From the NCBI RefSeq assembly GCF_009914755.1, contig NC_060937.1: DNA of 64,000 nucleotides; one strand, given 5' to 3'. Below the pieces are notes generated by a model. The model did not search any database. It was not told the origin of the DNA and saw only the letters and a program-made list of their open reading frames with translations. Made by a program: the position numbers and the translations under genes. The DNA comes from the human T2T-CHM13v2.0 reference genome, Homo sapiens. Shown here piece by piece: positions 1 to 13,065 of this stretch (positions are counted from its first letter, which is position 1; the number at the start of each line of letters is the position of its first letter).

Positions 1-9
1 ACTTATTTA

Positions 10-215
10 ATACTATTTTTAGGACATTCTATAAAGTCCTTTAATTCTTCTATTTAATTAATGAATTTAAATTCACAACAACTCTATGAGAAGTACTATG
101 TTTATTCCCATGATTTAGTTGAAAAATAAATGGAGCCTCAGAGAGGTTAAATAAAGTTTCTATGCTAGTAGATGAAAGATGGGGTTGCAAATCAGGGAAG
201 TCTTTCTTTCTGAGC
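10..215 (-). mobile_element. MIR SINE remnant
   Basis: Antisense MIR core motifs (cacaacaactctatgag, cagagaggttaaataa). Confidence 0.5.
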
Positions 216-939
216 CTATAAAAATGAATTTCCTCAGGCCTTGATTTTTCCTGCCTTCTCTCTCTATCCTTATTTTAAGACTAATCAGCATGTGGTTTAC
301 ACCTACTGTGATGGATTGCCATGGTTACCTAATTTAACAATACAGTGAACTTAAAAAGAACATTTCTGTAGCCATTCATTTCTAGGTGGTTTTGACTGAA
401 CATTTTAAAATACAGGTCACAGAATAATACTTATCACTGATATATCATTTTTACAAAATGGATCTTTCAGATTTAACATGCATTTATGTAAGTAATTGTA
501 GGTACTTATAAAAGGCAATTTATAAATATTAAGTCACTTAATTCTTACTACAACATTATGAATGGATACTAATTATTATTCTTATTTAACTAATGATTCC
601 AGCTGATGTTATATAGATGTGTATGAGAAAGCTAATGCTTTGGCTTGACTCTAGTCTGAGAATTCTCATCATATTCAACTAGAATTATTCCTCTTGAGGA
701 TTTTACTGAGGTATTATCTATGCTACAGTTAATTATTAGATTTTATTCTGATCTGTGCAATTTAAGTCCGGTCAATAATATTCATGCATCTTTGGGTAGA
801 ATTCACACACTGGAATATAATTCTAGAACATTTCTACAGTGGAAGCCTTTGGATGTTGAGTAACAGAGACCTCAACAAAAGCAGTTGAAGTAATTAACCA
901 TTGCCAAGAGTAAAGGTGTGTTCTTATGGTACAAACACA

Positions 940-1240
940 GGTTGGGTGCCGTGTGGCTTACGCCTGTAATCTCAGCATGTTGGGAGGCTGACGCAAGCAG
1001 ATTGCTTGACATCAGGAGTTCAGGACCAGCCCGGGGAACATGGTAAAACCCTGCTTCTACAAAAAGGACAAAACTTAGTTGGGTGTGGTGGTGTCTGCCT
1101 GTAGTCCCAGCTACTCGGGAGGCTGAGATGGGAGGATCACTTGAGCTTGGGAGGTTGAGGCTGCAGTGAACCATGACTGTACTACTGTACTGCAGCCTGG
1201 GTGACAGAGTAAGACCTTGTCTCAAAAAAAAAAAAAAAAA
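940..1240 (+). mobile_element. Alu, AluJ-type, full length
   Basis: Dimeric Alu with J-type right arm (gggaggatcacttgagc...gaggctgcagtga) and poly-A; degenerate TSD tacaaa(c/t)acag. Confidence 0.93.
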
Positions 1241-1439
1241 CAACAAAAGATACAAAAAAGATACGAATACAAATACAGCTGATCATACTTGCCTTGGATT
1301 CACATTCCAAGTTACCCAAATTGTGTGCCTTTTTTGCCTTATTTATTTTACGCTACATGAGATCACCAAAATCATCTTTCTTTATTTCAGTGTATGTAGA
1401 TGTGTGCATGCATATGTGCATGCACATACATACAAGAAG

Positions 1440-1775
1440 GATACATTTCTGAGCATCTCTTCTAATCATTTGGGGCCTTATGACTACTCCTGGCCAATGG
1501 GCAGAAGTGGAATTTGACATGTATCATTTCTAGATTAAGCAAAATACGGCAGATTGGAATTACCCATTCATTCTCTTCCCTTATTGCAGTGATTCAAAAG
1601 CCAAATGCTCCAAATACATAGGTAAAAGTGTAAGCCACCTGGATCCCTAAACCACTGCTTGGATGGGAGCTGCCTTGCAACAGCACTGTGTACAAAACAT
1701 GCATTTATGTGTTAAACTACTGAGATTTGAGAGCACATTGATTATTACAGCATAATTTTATCTGCCAAGGACTCA
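1440..1775 (+). mobile_element. Old MaLR/ERVL LTR remnant (MLT1J/K-like)
   Basis: cctggatccct...gagctgcc and gttaaactactgagattt...acagcataa resemble the old MLT1 3' part. Confidence 0.4.
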
Positions 1776-2669
1776 CCACAAAGCAGTTTAGATTGTTTGA
1801 ACTGAGTGAATTTAAGGTAGGAAACTGGTTACACAGACTAGACAAAGGAAGGAAATTGGATACACAGACTAGACAAAGCAAACAAGACAGTAAGGCAACC
1901 CAGAGATTAGCCACAAGAAGCTGCTACCCTTGAAAGAGAAGGACAATGGGAGAAGACGGTATTAACTCAGAAGCCAAACCCATACAATGAGAGCTGGAAC
2001 CACAGCAAGGCCTACCTCATGGAAACTAGAACAATGGAGGAAGGGGCTATCTAGTGGCAACTTGTAACAGATGTAACAGAAAGTAAAAGTGATGGGACAA
2101 CCACAGTTCTCCCTTCTTCTCCTTCCCTAAACTTCTGTCAGAGCTTCTCATTGTCTTCTTCTGTCAAGAGTCCAGAGGGAAATGGAGCTAGGGAATGTTC
2201 ATGCAATATAGACCAATGCAGGGGAGAGGCTTAAAGCAAAGTGTGAATCTTAAACAAAATGGCTGTTGATTGGCACAACAGCCTAGACTAGTTGGGTTAG
2301 TAGACTGGCTTTGTGGGAAAGAGCAAAGAGAAAGTGTGACTTCCTCCGGTCTAAAGGATTAATCTTTCTATTTGTCAAAATGAGAGTGCCAGTGATGGTA
2401 CTGTAGATCAATAAACTCACTTTTTTCTTGATTTTGTCAAATTCCTCGTGGAGAAAGGAAAGGGAAGAAGAATGTTGGAATAAGCAAAAAGTAAAGTAAT
2501 ATTTTAAATGTTTCCTAGGCACCAATAGCTTCCCCCGGTTTTAGTCTTCTCTTTTAAATCAAGGGGCTTAATAGTTATGCCTGTAGTGAACAAGAATGTT
2601 GATATTGCTGTTGGAAGAAATTATCAGGGAATCAGAAAACCAGATCTTGAAGGGATGTGGGATTGCTTC

Positions 2670-3480
2670 CTGTGGCAGAGGCTGTTGGTTTGCACCCAGT
2701 TTTATTCAGGTTGACATTACATCTAGCTAAAAAACACACGTTCCAACTGCCTAGCAGCAAGTTGAGACTGTGTCATTAAATAATTATTAGTAAATTTAGG
2801 AAAAACGCTTAAAGAGAACTGACTTAGCTGAAAGATAGACGTTTTTATTACTTTATTTATTATTATTATTATTTTTAAGGTGGAGTCTCGCTCTGTTGCC
2901 CAGGCTGGAGTGCAGGGGCATGATTTCGGCTCACTGCAACATCCACCTCCCGAGTTCAAGCCATTCTCATGCCTCAGCCTCCCAGGGATTACAGGTGTGT
3001 GCTACCACACCTGGCTAATTTTATTTTTTTAATTAATTAATTAATTATTATTATTATTATTATTTTTTTTTTTAGTGGATACAAGGTTTCACCATGTTGG
3101 CCAGGCTGGTCTTGAACTTCTGACCTCAGGCGATCCGACCGCCTCAGCTTCCCAAAGTGCTAAGATTACAGGCATGAACCACCATGCCGAACAACATTTT
3201 TATTCTTATATTCTTCCCCATTCTTGTTATTTGAAATGCTGAATTGACATTTGGAGCTCCAGTGGCCCTGTTAAACTATAAGGTGAATCTCATGTATAGG
3301 CGTTATATAGTAGAATGATATATCAGAAAAGGAGAGGAAACCTAGGTGCTAGATGAATACAGAGCCAGCAAAGCTGCCTAACTGCATTCCTCTGGAGGTC
3401 TGCTATGTGAGCAATACATATGAATGTTTCAACTACTATTATTATTTTTGTTGTTGCATGCAGCCTAACTTAATCATTAC
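2670..3480 (+). mobile_element. Old ERVL LTR (LTR33/LTR16-like) split by an Alu
   Basis: Degenerate LTR33/16-like motifs on both sides of the Alu (tggagctccagtggcc, ttgcatgcagcctaacttaatc). Confidence 0.4.
2850..3192 (-). mobile_element. AluS (Sx-like) with expanded AT-rich middle linker
   Basis: Antisense Alu; linker expanded to (ttaa)n(tta)n at about 3020-3073. Confidence 0.93.
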
Positions 3481-6400
3481 AGTTTTTTTTCTTTTTCCTC
3501 CTTCAATAGCTTCTATTCGTCTACCTAAGTCAAAGAAGAAAAAGCATAATTCAAGTAATGAAATATTTTACCCAGTGTGGCTAGACCCACATTTATGGTG
3601 TATCATACCTGCCACCAAGTTGAGAGATTATCAAATGCACTGTATGGATCCTTAGCAAAAAAGAGTGCAACAGGCTTGCCTTTGGATATTCAGCAGTCAA
3701 GTCTTGCATGTTAACACATTTTTTTTTCTTTCCATATGTCTCTTTCTGACTGACCCTATAAGAGTTTGGAGATGAAGGTTAATGGACTGATGGTGATGGA
3801 AAAGATAGCTCAGAGATATTTCAAGCAGGCTGCAAGAATCTCCCAATTTCGTCCATCACAAATCCATCGTTGATCCTGGATGCAGGCTTCAGCTGGCAAA
3901 GGAAAGGAAATACAGAGTTCAAAGCAAGGTGAGGAGGCTCATGGCCAAAAAATCCCATATGCAGAAAACTCATGGCCTACCCCAGCCCATATGGAAGTTC
4001 ACTGCTTTTACCATTTAGAGTTCCCAAGAGACCCTGTCTGGAAGGAGAAATAAATCCCGATCCCCACTAACACCAGATCCTGCTTACTGCATGTGGGATA
4101 TTACTCAGCAGGCACAGCTGCCTTTGCAGTTTTATATAAACATCTGAGGCCTTTTCTAAAGCATGAATCTCACTCTTTCTTTTGGAGCACTTTCCTCCTA
4201 ATTCCAAATTCCCTGCACATATATCATCTGCAGAAACTGGGCCAACTGTAAATCATATTAAAGGGTGAAAAGAGATAGTATTTGGGACAGGATGCAGGAT
4301 GTCAAATATTTGAATCTTTCTCTCAATCCACTCTGCCCCAACTGCAATGTGCCTGAGAGATATGTGCACAGAGGGCAAACGAAGTGAAGGCATATTCTTC
4401 ATCAGTATGTGGCTTTTGCTCTGAATCTCAATGTAATATCACATCCTCAGGCAGTTACCAAATGGAACTGGCCCCAGACTCTCACCTGTCAAACCAGTGG
4501 GAGCAGATCCCACCACTGCAGACTTAGGGTTTAACTTTGCATCACAAACCTTCCATCCATTAGGATGGAGGTCAAATCCCAATTTCTGTCTTTGACAATG
4601 ATCCATTCTTGGTGGAAGAAGGATGAGTGAGGAGGAGGCAGGGGCTAGTCTCATTTGGCTAGTAGATGTGCCAAGAAGAGAACAGGAGCATTAGCTTTCT
4701 ATAAGAAGCCAATGTGAAGACATTGTATTAACATTATTTATATCCCCTTCTTGAGGTATGAAATCTATTCACAGTTCATCAGAAAAGCTCTTTTAGCCTG
4801 CTCAATATCCATTCTCTTTTACTAGTTACAGTTCCCTGATTTTCCTTACTCTTTCTAGCTTTATGTGGTTAAATAGAATCAATCCTACATTCAGAAGGAC
4901 AAATATGACCCATGCCCAGGCAATCAAAGTATTTCATCCCTCCAGCTACAGTGACTTAGAGATGGCAATGAGACCCAATGGAAGCCAATGAGTCTCAATT
5001 TTGGAACTTTCGTTAGAGCCCTAGAGAAAGCAATCACATTTTCAAGGAGAGTTTTTCCACAACTGTTGGCAGACATTTTATCATGGTTAAAGTCTTCCTG
5101 AGAATGGTGGCAACACAGTAACAAAATATTATCCCTAAATTTTTCAATTTAATGAGGAAATTTTTCTTTGTTTTCTTCTTTCTCCTTCCTACCTTCCTTT
5201 CCTTCCCACTTTCCCTCCTCCCTGTACTTTTGTTGCTAAAGCATATTTAAGTTACATTTTTGTTACATTTGTCTAATAGACGCTTTTTAGACATTTGCTA
5301 CATATGTTTTTCAGATGAACTGCCTATTCTGCTTATATGTTAATTGCACATAGCTGGAAAATGTCTTACATCTTTTATTCATATATACTGTTTTGGGGGT
5401 TGATAGGTTATTGGACTAATGATCCAGAGTCCAGTCTCAGTAAGCAAAGCCACTGTGATGAGCTCTCAGAAACATGGAACTGCAGCTCTGTAGCATTAGC
5501 AGATTTCAGGAAATTTACTCTGAATCTATTATCCATTGATGGTTTTGTCATTCCATAAAAATAATGTTATTTTTGTTCTTTGAAATTTCTTCTATTTGAT
5601 GGCGGAACTACCCATGTATCAATGTCATTTATTAATTGACATTTTTTCAACATAGCCCAGAGGATTGGTTTGTTTTTATTAGTGGTACAGCTTTTGGAAG
5701 GTGTTTCAGATATTTTGAGGCTCCCTATTGGGTCATTCAATTCAATTCTCCCGTAAATTACAGTTTATTTTACCCACTCTATAAGAAGGCCGGGACCGCG
5801 GACAGAGCATGAGTATTCATACAGCTTTTCTTAGGCTATTGAACTTAGAGTTGGCAGGGCATCTAACCATCACTTAATAGAATGTCTGCTACTGAAATGT
5901 TGCAGATCCGTGCTTCAAGTGAAAGAGTGAACCTTAAATATGTGCTTGAAGCTTTTCAGTGAATTGAAACCAAGAGCTCCAAGTTGTAGATGTATCAAGT
6001 TTCATTATTTGCTAGCCTCAAGCTGGCAAACTGGAGGGTTCCTGGCAGGCACTGTCTTCTGAATAAAATGTTCTCTCCAGGCTAAGCATGAAGCCATCTG
6101 TAACAGCTTAAATTGCTTTCTTAGTCACAAGGACAAAGTAATGGTGTGAGTGAAATAATTATTGCAAACCCTGAAGACTTGCTTTTGCCTCCAGAGTATC
6201 CTACCTGCTGGGGGGTGTTGTTGCATTCTGTTCTCCTTGTCTGAGTGCTCTCCCCTGCCTTCGTTCTGGCACTAACTGTCCCTACATCACTCTCACAAGG
6301 GGTCAGAACTTCCCTTTTATTTTACAGAAAAGCTTCTCCTGCAGACTACCCAAAATTTTTAGTAGAAAACCAACCAAGGCCATATTATTTACTCTATGGC

Positions 6401-8149
6401 AAACAGTCTGGAAATTTATTAAGCTTTGAGGGTAGGTCTCACACTTCCAAACCCTGACAGATAGGCTAGAGCCATCTCTTAACTCTCCACGAAGCCTGGA
6501 TTTGCATTAGTAGGCTAAATTATCCATTTCCACTCTTTCTATTCCCACATACTTCTCAAGGGATCTAAAACTTCATCAGGTTAGAAAAATCACACCAACC
6601 ACCATATGACTTTTCTATCCTCTCTCATATTTGTTCATATTTCATATATAAGGTGTCAACACAGCCTCATGTAGCCCCTCATCACTGTATAAAAGAACCC
6701 TGAGGATTTACTGTGCTGGTGGACATTTGCATTCTCTATATATGACAGTCCCCTAACAATTTACCTTGTTTTTTGGTGTATGATGTCCTGTTATCACCCA
6801 TTTGCAGGCATAAGAAAGCTGGAATTACTCATTATTTTAGAACTAGTAAGTTATGCTTGTCTCGTATATTATCTTTTGCAAAACAACACAAATATAAAGA
6901 AATTCCAGGACAAGTTTCCTCATCATTGTGTAAGTTAGTAATATAATTTTTTCTTTTATTTCTCCAGGTAATTTCTAATAGAAACTATGTAGGCTTTGCA
7001 TATTTCTTTATTCCAGCAAAATCTGACCTTTGCTACCCATTCTCTTTTCTCACAGTTTTATTGTTAAGATTACATAGCATCCTTCGGTTCTCCAATTTGA
7101 CTCTGGGAAGCTCTGTTCCCAAGCTACCAAGTGTCTGAGACTACACCTACTTGCTCAATAGCTTATCATGACTAATGACCATGGATGATGTCCCGGAAGA
7201 CAAGGTGGGCAAATCTTTTGAACAGGCTTTCTCCAATTGGCACCTGCCTAAGGCATATGCTGTGATATCACTTTTGGATATTTATTGTCAGTTTGCTAGA
7301 ATCCAACTACTTTAAGTACTTTGCACTCTCATTGCTTACTCAGATTCTGGGGCTAACTCACAAATTTCCCTTGGGTGCAAGGGGGATAAATCTCACTAAG
7401 ATGTATCTCTATTTTTATTTTTCTCACAAGCCTGATTTCCTTTCCTTCTTTATCTCTCTGACAAATTCAGAGGCTTTCTTTCATGCTGTCAAAATCAGCG
7501 CTGGTCCGCAATATTTTCATTCATAGTTTCATCTAGAATATTATCTTGTTTCTTTCTATAGCTAAGACAGCACCAAAGAGGCTTTGTCATAGTGAAGAAA
7601 ATTGATGTCATTGAAATTATTATGCTCAGGTTAGCATGAGTCAAATTCATTTTATGACTTTGATCTTCACACTTGAATGAAAAGAAAAGGTACATATAAT
7701 GCTCTACAGCTTCAAGTAAGTGCACTGAATTATATGTCTAAGAAAATGAAAGATACATCTTTCCTGGAATAAAAGTTACCATTAATTTGGTGCCTATTAA
7801 GTGCTGAGAGATTGATGTAAATTGGCTAAAGCAATCTTTATAGGAAACTGGTGAACACTGCTACCATTTTGTTGAGAAGGAGTTGAGATTCAGACAGGCT
7901 GATATACCACTGTCACTGCATGACTGCTTGTCATCCTCTATTGGTTCATCAAGTCTGCAGATTTAGAAGTAACATTTTATCCACAGAGAGAATGGGTCTC
8001 AGGCTTTGTTTTTTCTTTAAGTGTGCTTTGATTCACTCATTTTATTTATCCACTCATTCAAATATAGTCACTTAGTGCCTCTTATATAGCAGATTGTACT
8101 AGGACAGATATTCAGAAAAATAGTTCTTAAACTTTAAAGAACATCAAAA

Positions 8150-8285
8150 TCATGTGTTAAAAATGCAAATGCTCAGGATTTAGACCTACTAAATTAGATA
8201 TTTTAGGGGGAGGAGGAAGAGGTAAATCCAGGGTATTTATCTCTCTCTATATATAGTTAACAAACTCCCCAGATGATTATAGATT
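8150..8285. mobile_element. MER5-like hAT DNA transposon fragment
   Basis: aaaatgcaaatgctcagg...agacctactaaattaga...taacaaactcccagatgatt. Confidence 0.4.
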
Positions 8286-8323
8286 ACCATTACAGGATAA
8301 AAAATATTATAATTCTTCTGTAT

Positions 8324-8691
8324 TGAGAGGTGAAGCTGGCTGGGCTTCTGGGTCCGGTGGGGACTTGGAGCACTTTTCTGTCTAGCTAAAGGATTGTAAA
8401 TGCACCAATCAGTGCTCTGTGTCTTCCTAAAGGTTTGTAAATGCACCAATCAGCACTGTGTGTCTAGCTAATCAGGTGGGGACTTGGAGAACTTTTCTGT
8501 CTAGCTAAAGGATTGTAAATGCACCAATCAGCACTCTGGGTCTAGCTAAAGGTTTGTAAACGCACCAACCAGCACTCTGTAAAAATGGACCAATCAGCAC
8601 TCTGTAAAATGGACCAATCAGTTCTCTGTAAAATGGACCAATCAGCAGGATGTGGGTGGGGCCAAATAAGGGAATAAAAGTAGACTACCTG
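8324..8691 (+). mobile_element. LTR12 (ERV9) U3 fragment, 3' truncated
   Basis: Starts tgagaggtgaagctggctgggcttctggg; tandem subrepeats tctagctaaagg.ttgtaaatgcaccaatcagc; ends just after gggaataaaag. Confidence 0.92.
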
Positions 8692-9692
8692 CTTTTATAA
8701 AAAGACAAAAAATAATGGATGATGGTGAGGATGCAGAGAAAATAAAACTCTTATACATTATTGTTAATGTAATTCTAGAATAGCCACTATGAAAACAGTA
8801 CAGTGGTTTCTTAGAGAACTAAAAATAGAACTATCATACAATCCAGAAATTCAACTACTGGGTATTTATCCAAAGGAAAAAAAAAAAAACCCAGCACTTT
8901 CTTGTTTATTCAGCACTATTCACAATAGCAAAGATATGGAATCACCCTAAGTTTTCATCAATGAACAAATGGATAAAGAAAATATATGTATGTGTGAGTG
9001 TGAGTGTGTACATACATGTGTATACATATGTGTGTACATTACCTTGTGTGTGTATATATGTACACAAATAGTACTACGTTAATAGTGTGTACATATATAC
9101 ATACAGTGTTCCCTTGTGTGTGTACAAATACATATATACATTATTGTTCATGTAATACTAGAAAGGCCGCTATGAAAATAGTACATATATGTACACACAC
9201 AAGGGAATACTATTTAGATATAAAAAAGAATGAAATCATGTCATTCGCAGCAACATGGATGGAACTGGAGGTCATTGTGTTAGGTGAAATAAGCCAGGCA
9301 CAAAAACACTGTCCTCACTCATATGTGGGAGCTAAGAGTTGATTTCATGTTAGAATATAGAATGATCTCTTTCAGTGGACAGGAAGAATGTGTCTGTTGG
9401 AGGGAGGGATAATGGGAGGTTGATTAATGGATATAAACATATAGTTAGACAGAAGATGTAAGTTCTAATGTTCAATAGCAGATTAGTATGACTATAGTTA
9501 GCAACAATGAATTGTATATTTCAAAGTAGCTAGAAGAGAAAACTTGAAATGTTCCCAGCCTACAGGAATGGTAAATATTTAAGATGATGGATATCACAAA
9601 TACCTTGACTGGATCATTACACATTCTATGCTGTAACAAATACATGTTCCCTATAAATAAGTAAAATATTATGCATGAATTAAAATAAAATA
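8692..9692 (+). mobile_element. L1MA-type 3' end (end of ORF2 plus 3'UTR)
   Basis: ORF 9004-9342 contains EYYLDIKKNEIMSFAATWMELEVIVLGEISQAQK (L1 ORF2p C-terminus); L1MA-style 3'UTR and A-rich tail. Confidence 0.9.
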
Positions 9693-10177
9693 AATTTCTA
9701 GGCACAGTGCCAGTGAGAAATATGTCACATAGACAAATTACACTTCCCCACCCCCATCTACTGTTAACCGTAATTTTTTTCCAAAAACTTCCTATTTTTT
9801 TCCACAGTTATGAGACAAGAAACGAAACTGTGCTGTTTAATATGCAAGGCAGTTCACAATCAGATGGCTGTTTTCCTAGTAAATATGTTTTTCACTCCCC
9901 TCCAACCATTTAACTCTTTCTTGCCATCTATGTTGAAGTTAAAAATCACAACATATTAAAAATACAACTATGTAATTTCTAAAAGTTATTCATGGCACAG
10001 CTTGTCTTTTAGATCATAAAAGAAATCAGTTAGTGGCAATTCTCTTACATTCTAGACCTTGGGTTTCGGCCTTATTTAAGTCACAACTTTTTAGCAATGA
10101 TTATAGTTCTTTTTCCTATAATCAAGCATGAGATGAGATGAAATTTAATTTCTGGGGCCTGGACAGTTAATCACTTC

Positions 10178-10888
10178 TGAGGCAGAATAATAGGATCTGG
10201 AAGCAGGGAACCTAAGGCTGTTTCACACCAACTTCCTACAACTAAGATGAAAGGAAAATCCTAACTTTTCATGCCTAAATAACAAAAGGACCAGAGGCTA
10301 CTCCCTTTGACCTTTTCTGCCATGCAGATGGGAAATTGGCTGTCTACAACAAATCAGACTGATTGCAGGTGGAGTCTTCTTTTGCAACTTTGTAATTTCA
10401 CTCCAGCCTCTGAATGGCTGCTGCCCACAACCAATCAGACTGATTTCAGGCGAGTCTTCCTTTGCATAGAAGTATAACTTTGTAACTTCACCCTAGCCTC
10501 TGATTGGTTCCAAAGTGCAACCAATCAGATGTTTGCACATGAGTGTGCCATTTGTAACTTCACTTCAGCCTCTGGTTGGCCGCTTTCTGCAACCAATCAG
10601 ACTGATTGCAGGCTACAGCTTCATTTACATGAGGTGAGCATGAAGTGGCCAATGGGAAACTTCTACAGAGTATTTGGACCCAAGAAGATTCTGTATCCAA
10701 GTCCTTGAGCCGCTGCTCGCGTCCAGTCCCCTCACTGTGGAGTGTACTTTTCATTTTCAATAAATCCCTGCTTTCGTTCTTTTGTTGCTTCATTCTTTCT
10801 TTGCTTTGCTGGGCGTTTTGTCCAATTCTTTGTTCAAAATACCAAAACCCCGGACAACTTGCAGTCACGACCCTCTCTACCAGTGACA
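10178..10888 (+). mobile_element. MER51 (ERV1) complete solo LTR
   Basis: TG...CA termini; starts tgaggcag...gcagggaacctaaggc; internal accaatcagactgatt repeats; AATAAA; flanking direct repeat acttc (10173-10177 / 10889-10893). Confidence 0.9.
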
Positions 10889-11230
10889 ACTTCCTTACAT
10901 GTTCTTTAGATTCTGTGGTAAAAGAAAGCTCAGTGAAGTTGATGCACCAGTCACTCTTAGGACCTTAAGAAGGAAGGAGAGGGAGTTCCCACCCTCAGCT
11001 GCTGGGGGCCTTCCGTGGCCATTGGCACAGTGACCTCTGTTGAAGCAGAGGGACAAAGAACCATTAGACTCTGTAAGGAACTATTGAGGACTTTTAGTTG
11101 CAAATTCCTTGAGACACATATCCTGCAATAAAATGTATAAATGCCACTGAGGATGTATCCTATTATGGATAGTTATTTTGAATGCACATGAACACTCTTG
11201 ACCTTATGCTTTTCTGACTAATGTGATAGC

Positions 11231-11238
11231 TGTGTGTG

Positions 11239-11273
<35 letters not shown>

Positions 11274-11276
11274 GAG
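11231..11276. repeat. Compound (TG)n(AG)n microsatellite
   Basis: Seen directly. Confidence 0.97.
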
Positions 11277-11469
11277 TTTATCTGTCTGCTTTTGAGTCCT
11301 GGAAAATATTAATTTATTTTGTTTATTATTTTTATTTTCGGTTTCAAAGAGGAACTAGAAACTGGCTATATGAAAGATATATATTATTATGTGTTTAGAT
11401 TAATAATGTGAATATGAGTGGTAAAACACCAAATGAGTAATAAATTTACAATTCTCCTCACTGTTGAGG

Positions 11470-11640
11470 CATTTGCCACATACGTGCACTTCAGCTGGTT
11501 ACTATTTTAGTTTTCTCCTCTGTAAAATTGGAATAATAAGGTCCTTGCCTCATAGGATTGCTATAATTATTCAGAGAGATAATGCTATAAAATTTTTAGT
11601 TCAGTATCTGGCACATAGTAATCCTCCATATTATTATTAT
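11470..11640 (+). mobile_element. MIR SINE
   Basis: ctcctctgtaaaattggaataata...cctcataggattg...ctggcacatagtaa. Confidence 0.75.
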
Positions 11641-11894
11641 TTTATTATTTCTCATTTATTATACTTTCACAATCAAATGGTGATTAGAGTTGTGCACATG
11701 ATTGTATCAATCAGTATATTTTCTCATACCAGTTTTTATAATCTTTCTTCAAATTTTCTTCACATTTTTTCGATGTGTTTATCTCACTACTTTTCTAATC
11801 ATCAAAAACAATAGTAACAGATTGTCTTTTTTATATAGAACATTTTCATATTTTCTCTCATTCTCACTACAACTAAATGAACCAGATATTATAA

Positions 11895-12223
<329 letters not shown>

Positions 12224-12659
12224 TGAGCCACCACCCCTGGCCCTTCTTTTTCTTTTTAATAAATAAGTATAAGTGACTTTAAACATTCATTCTTTAGTCT
12301 TTCATTTTTAAAGTTTCTATTATTAATATTTTATGAACTATTTTATGGTCTTGCCCAACATTGTAACAAAGATATGACATTACTAATATTTGAACTCTTT
12401 TCTTCTGACTCTAATACCATACACTTCATTGCCTATTAAATAATACTTGGGCCACTACAAAACTTTGCCAACCATCTACTTCATGGCCACATAATCTCAA
12501 CTTTTTATCAACTTTAGGGTAGATTGCTTATAAACTATTTCAGACCGGTGAGAATCTATGACTTTTTAATTATCTCCCAACATGATTTCACAACTTTTCT
12601 AGGATCTATGTTTTCATATAATGGTTCAGAACTCCCTCTATGACAAAACGACTACATTC

Positions 12660-13065
12660 ATCTATATCCCTCATGCTTCAGTCTAAGGGAATATACTATG
12701 CCAGATATAGAGACAAATAAAGCAGGTGAGACTTAAAAAGCCTGGAGTGTCGAAAGAGCATTTCTATTTTAGTATCAAAGAAAATGAGGGAAAATGCCAT
12801 ACAAAAATTGAGAAAGAGAACTCCAGGTGGATGAAACAGCAAGTGCAGAAGCTCCTAGGATATGTGAAGGGTCATGAGAAGAGTTGTCTGTTAGCAGCGG
12901 AATGGATGAGGGAGAGTTTTAGCACAGATCAGAGAGTGAAGAGGGAACAGCAGATTTTGCAGGGTCTGAAGACCACTGGGAGGATTTTTGTCTTTCATTT
13001 GGAGATGTGGAGCCTTGGCAGTTTTTGGGCTGAGGAGTGACATGATCTGACTGAAGCTTTAAAAT
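12660..13065 (-). mobile_element. L2 LINE fragment
   Basis: aacagcaagtgcagaagctcct...gaggagtgacatgatctgact typical of antisense L2. Confidence 0.7.

Noticed and set aside
872-1255. 127-aa ORF and similar ORFs at 22704, 47796-48171, 49871-50406 and 63040
   Set aside because: All are translations of Alu sequence
3763-3928. Plus-strand exon-like segment ending AAG|gtgagg
   Set aside because: Weak AAG acceptor, stops in all frames, no recognisable protein
7498-7512. gctggtccg resembling a Y RNA 5' end
   Set aside because: Only ~9 nt match; the rest of the Y RNA is absent
8340-8650. Regularly spaced repeats resembling a CRISPR-like array
   Set aside because: Known LTR12 U3 subrepeats; no unique spacers; eukaryotic context
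10560-10968. Two ~108-aa ORFs on opposite strands
   Set aside because: Lie almost wholly in the MER51 LTR, have non-ATG starts and no protein similarity I recognise
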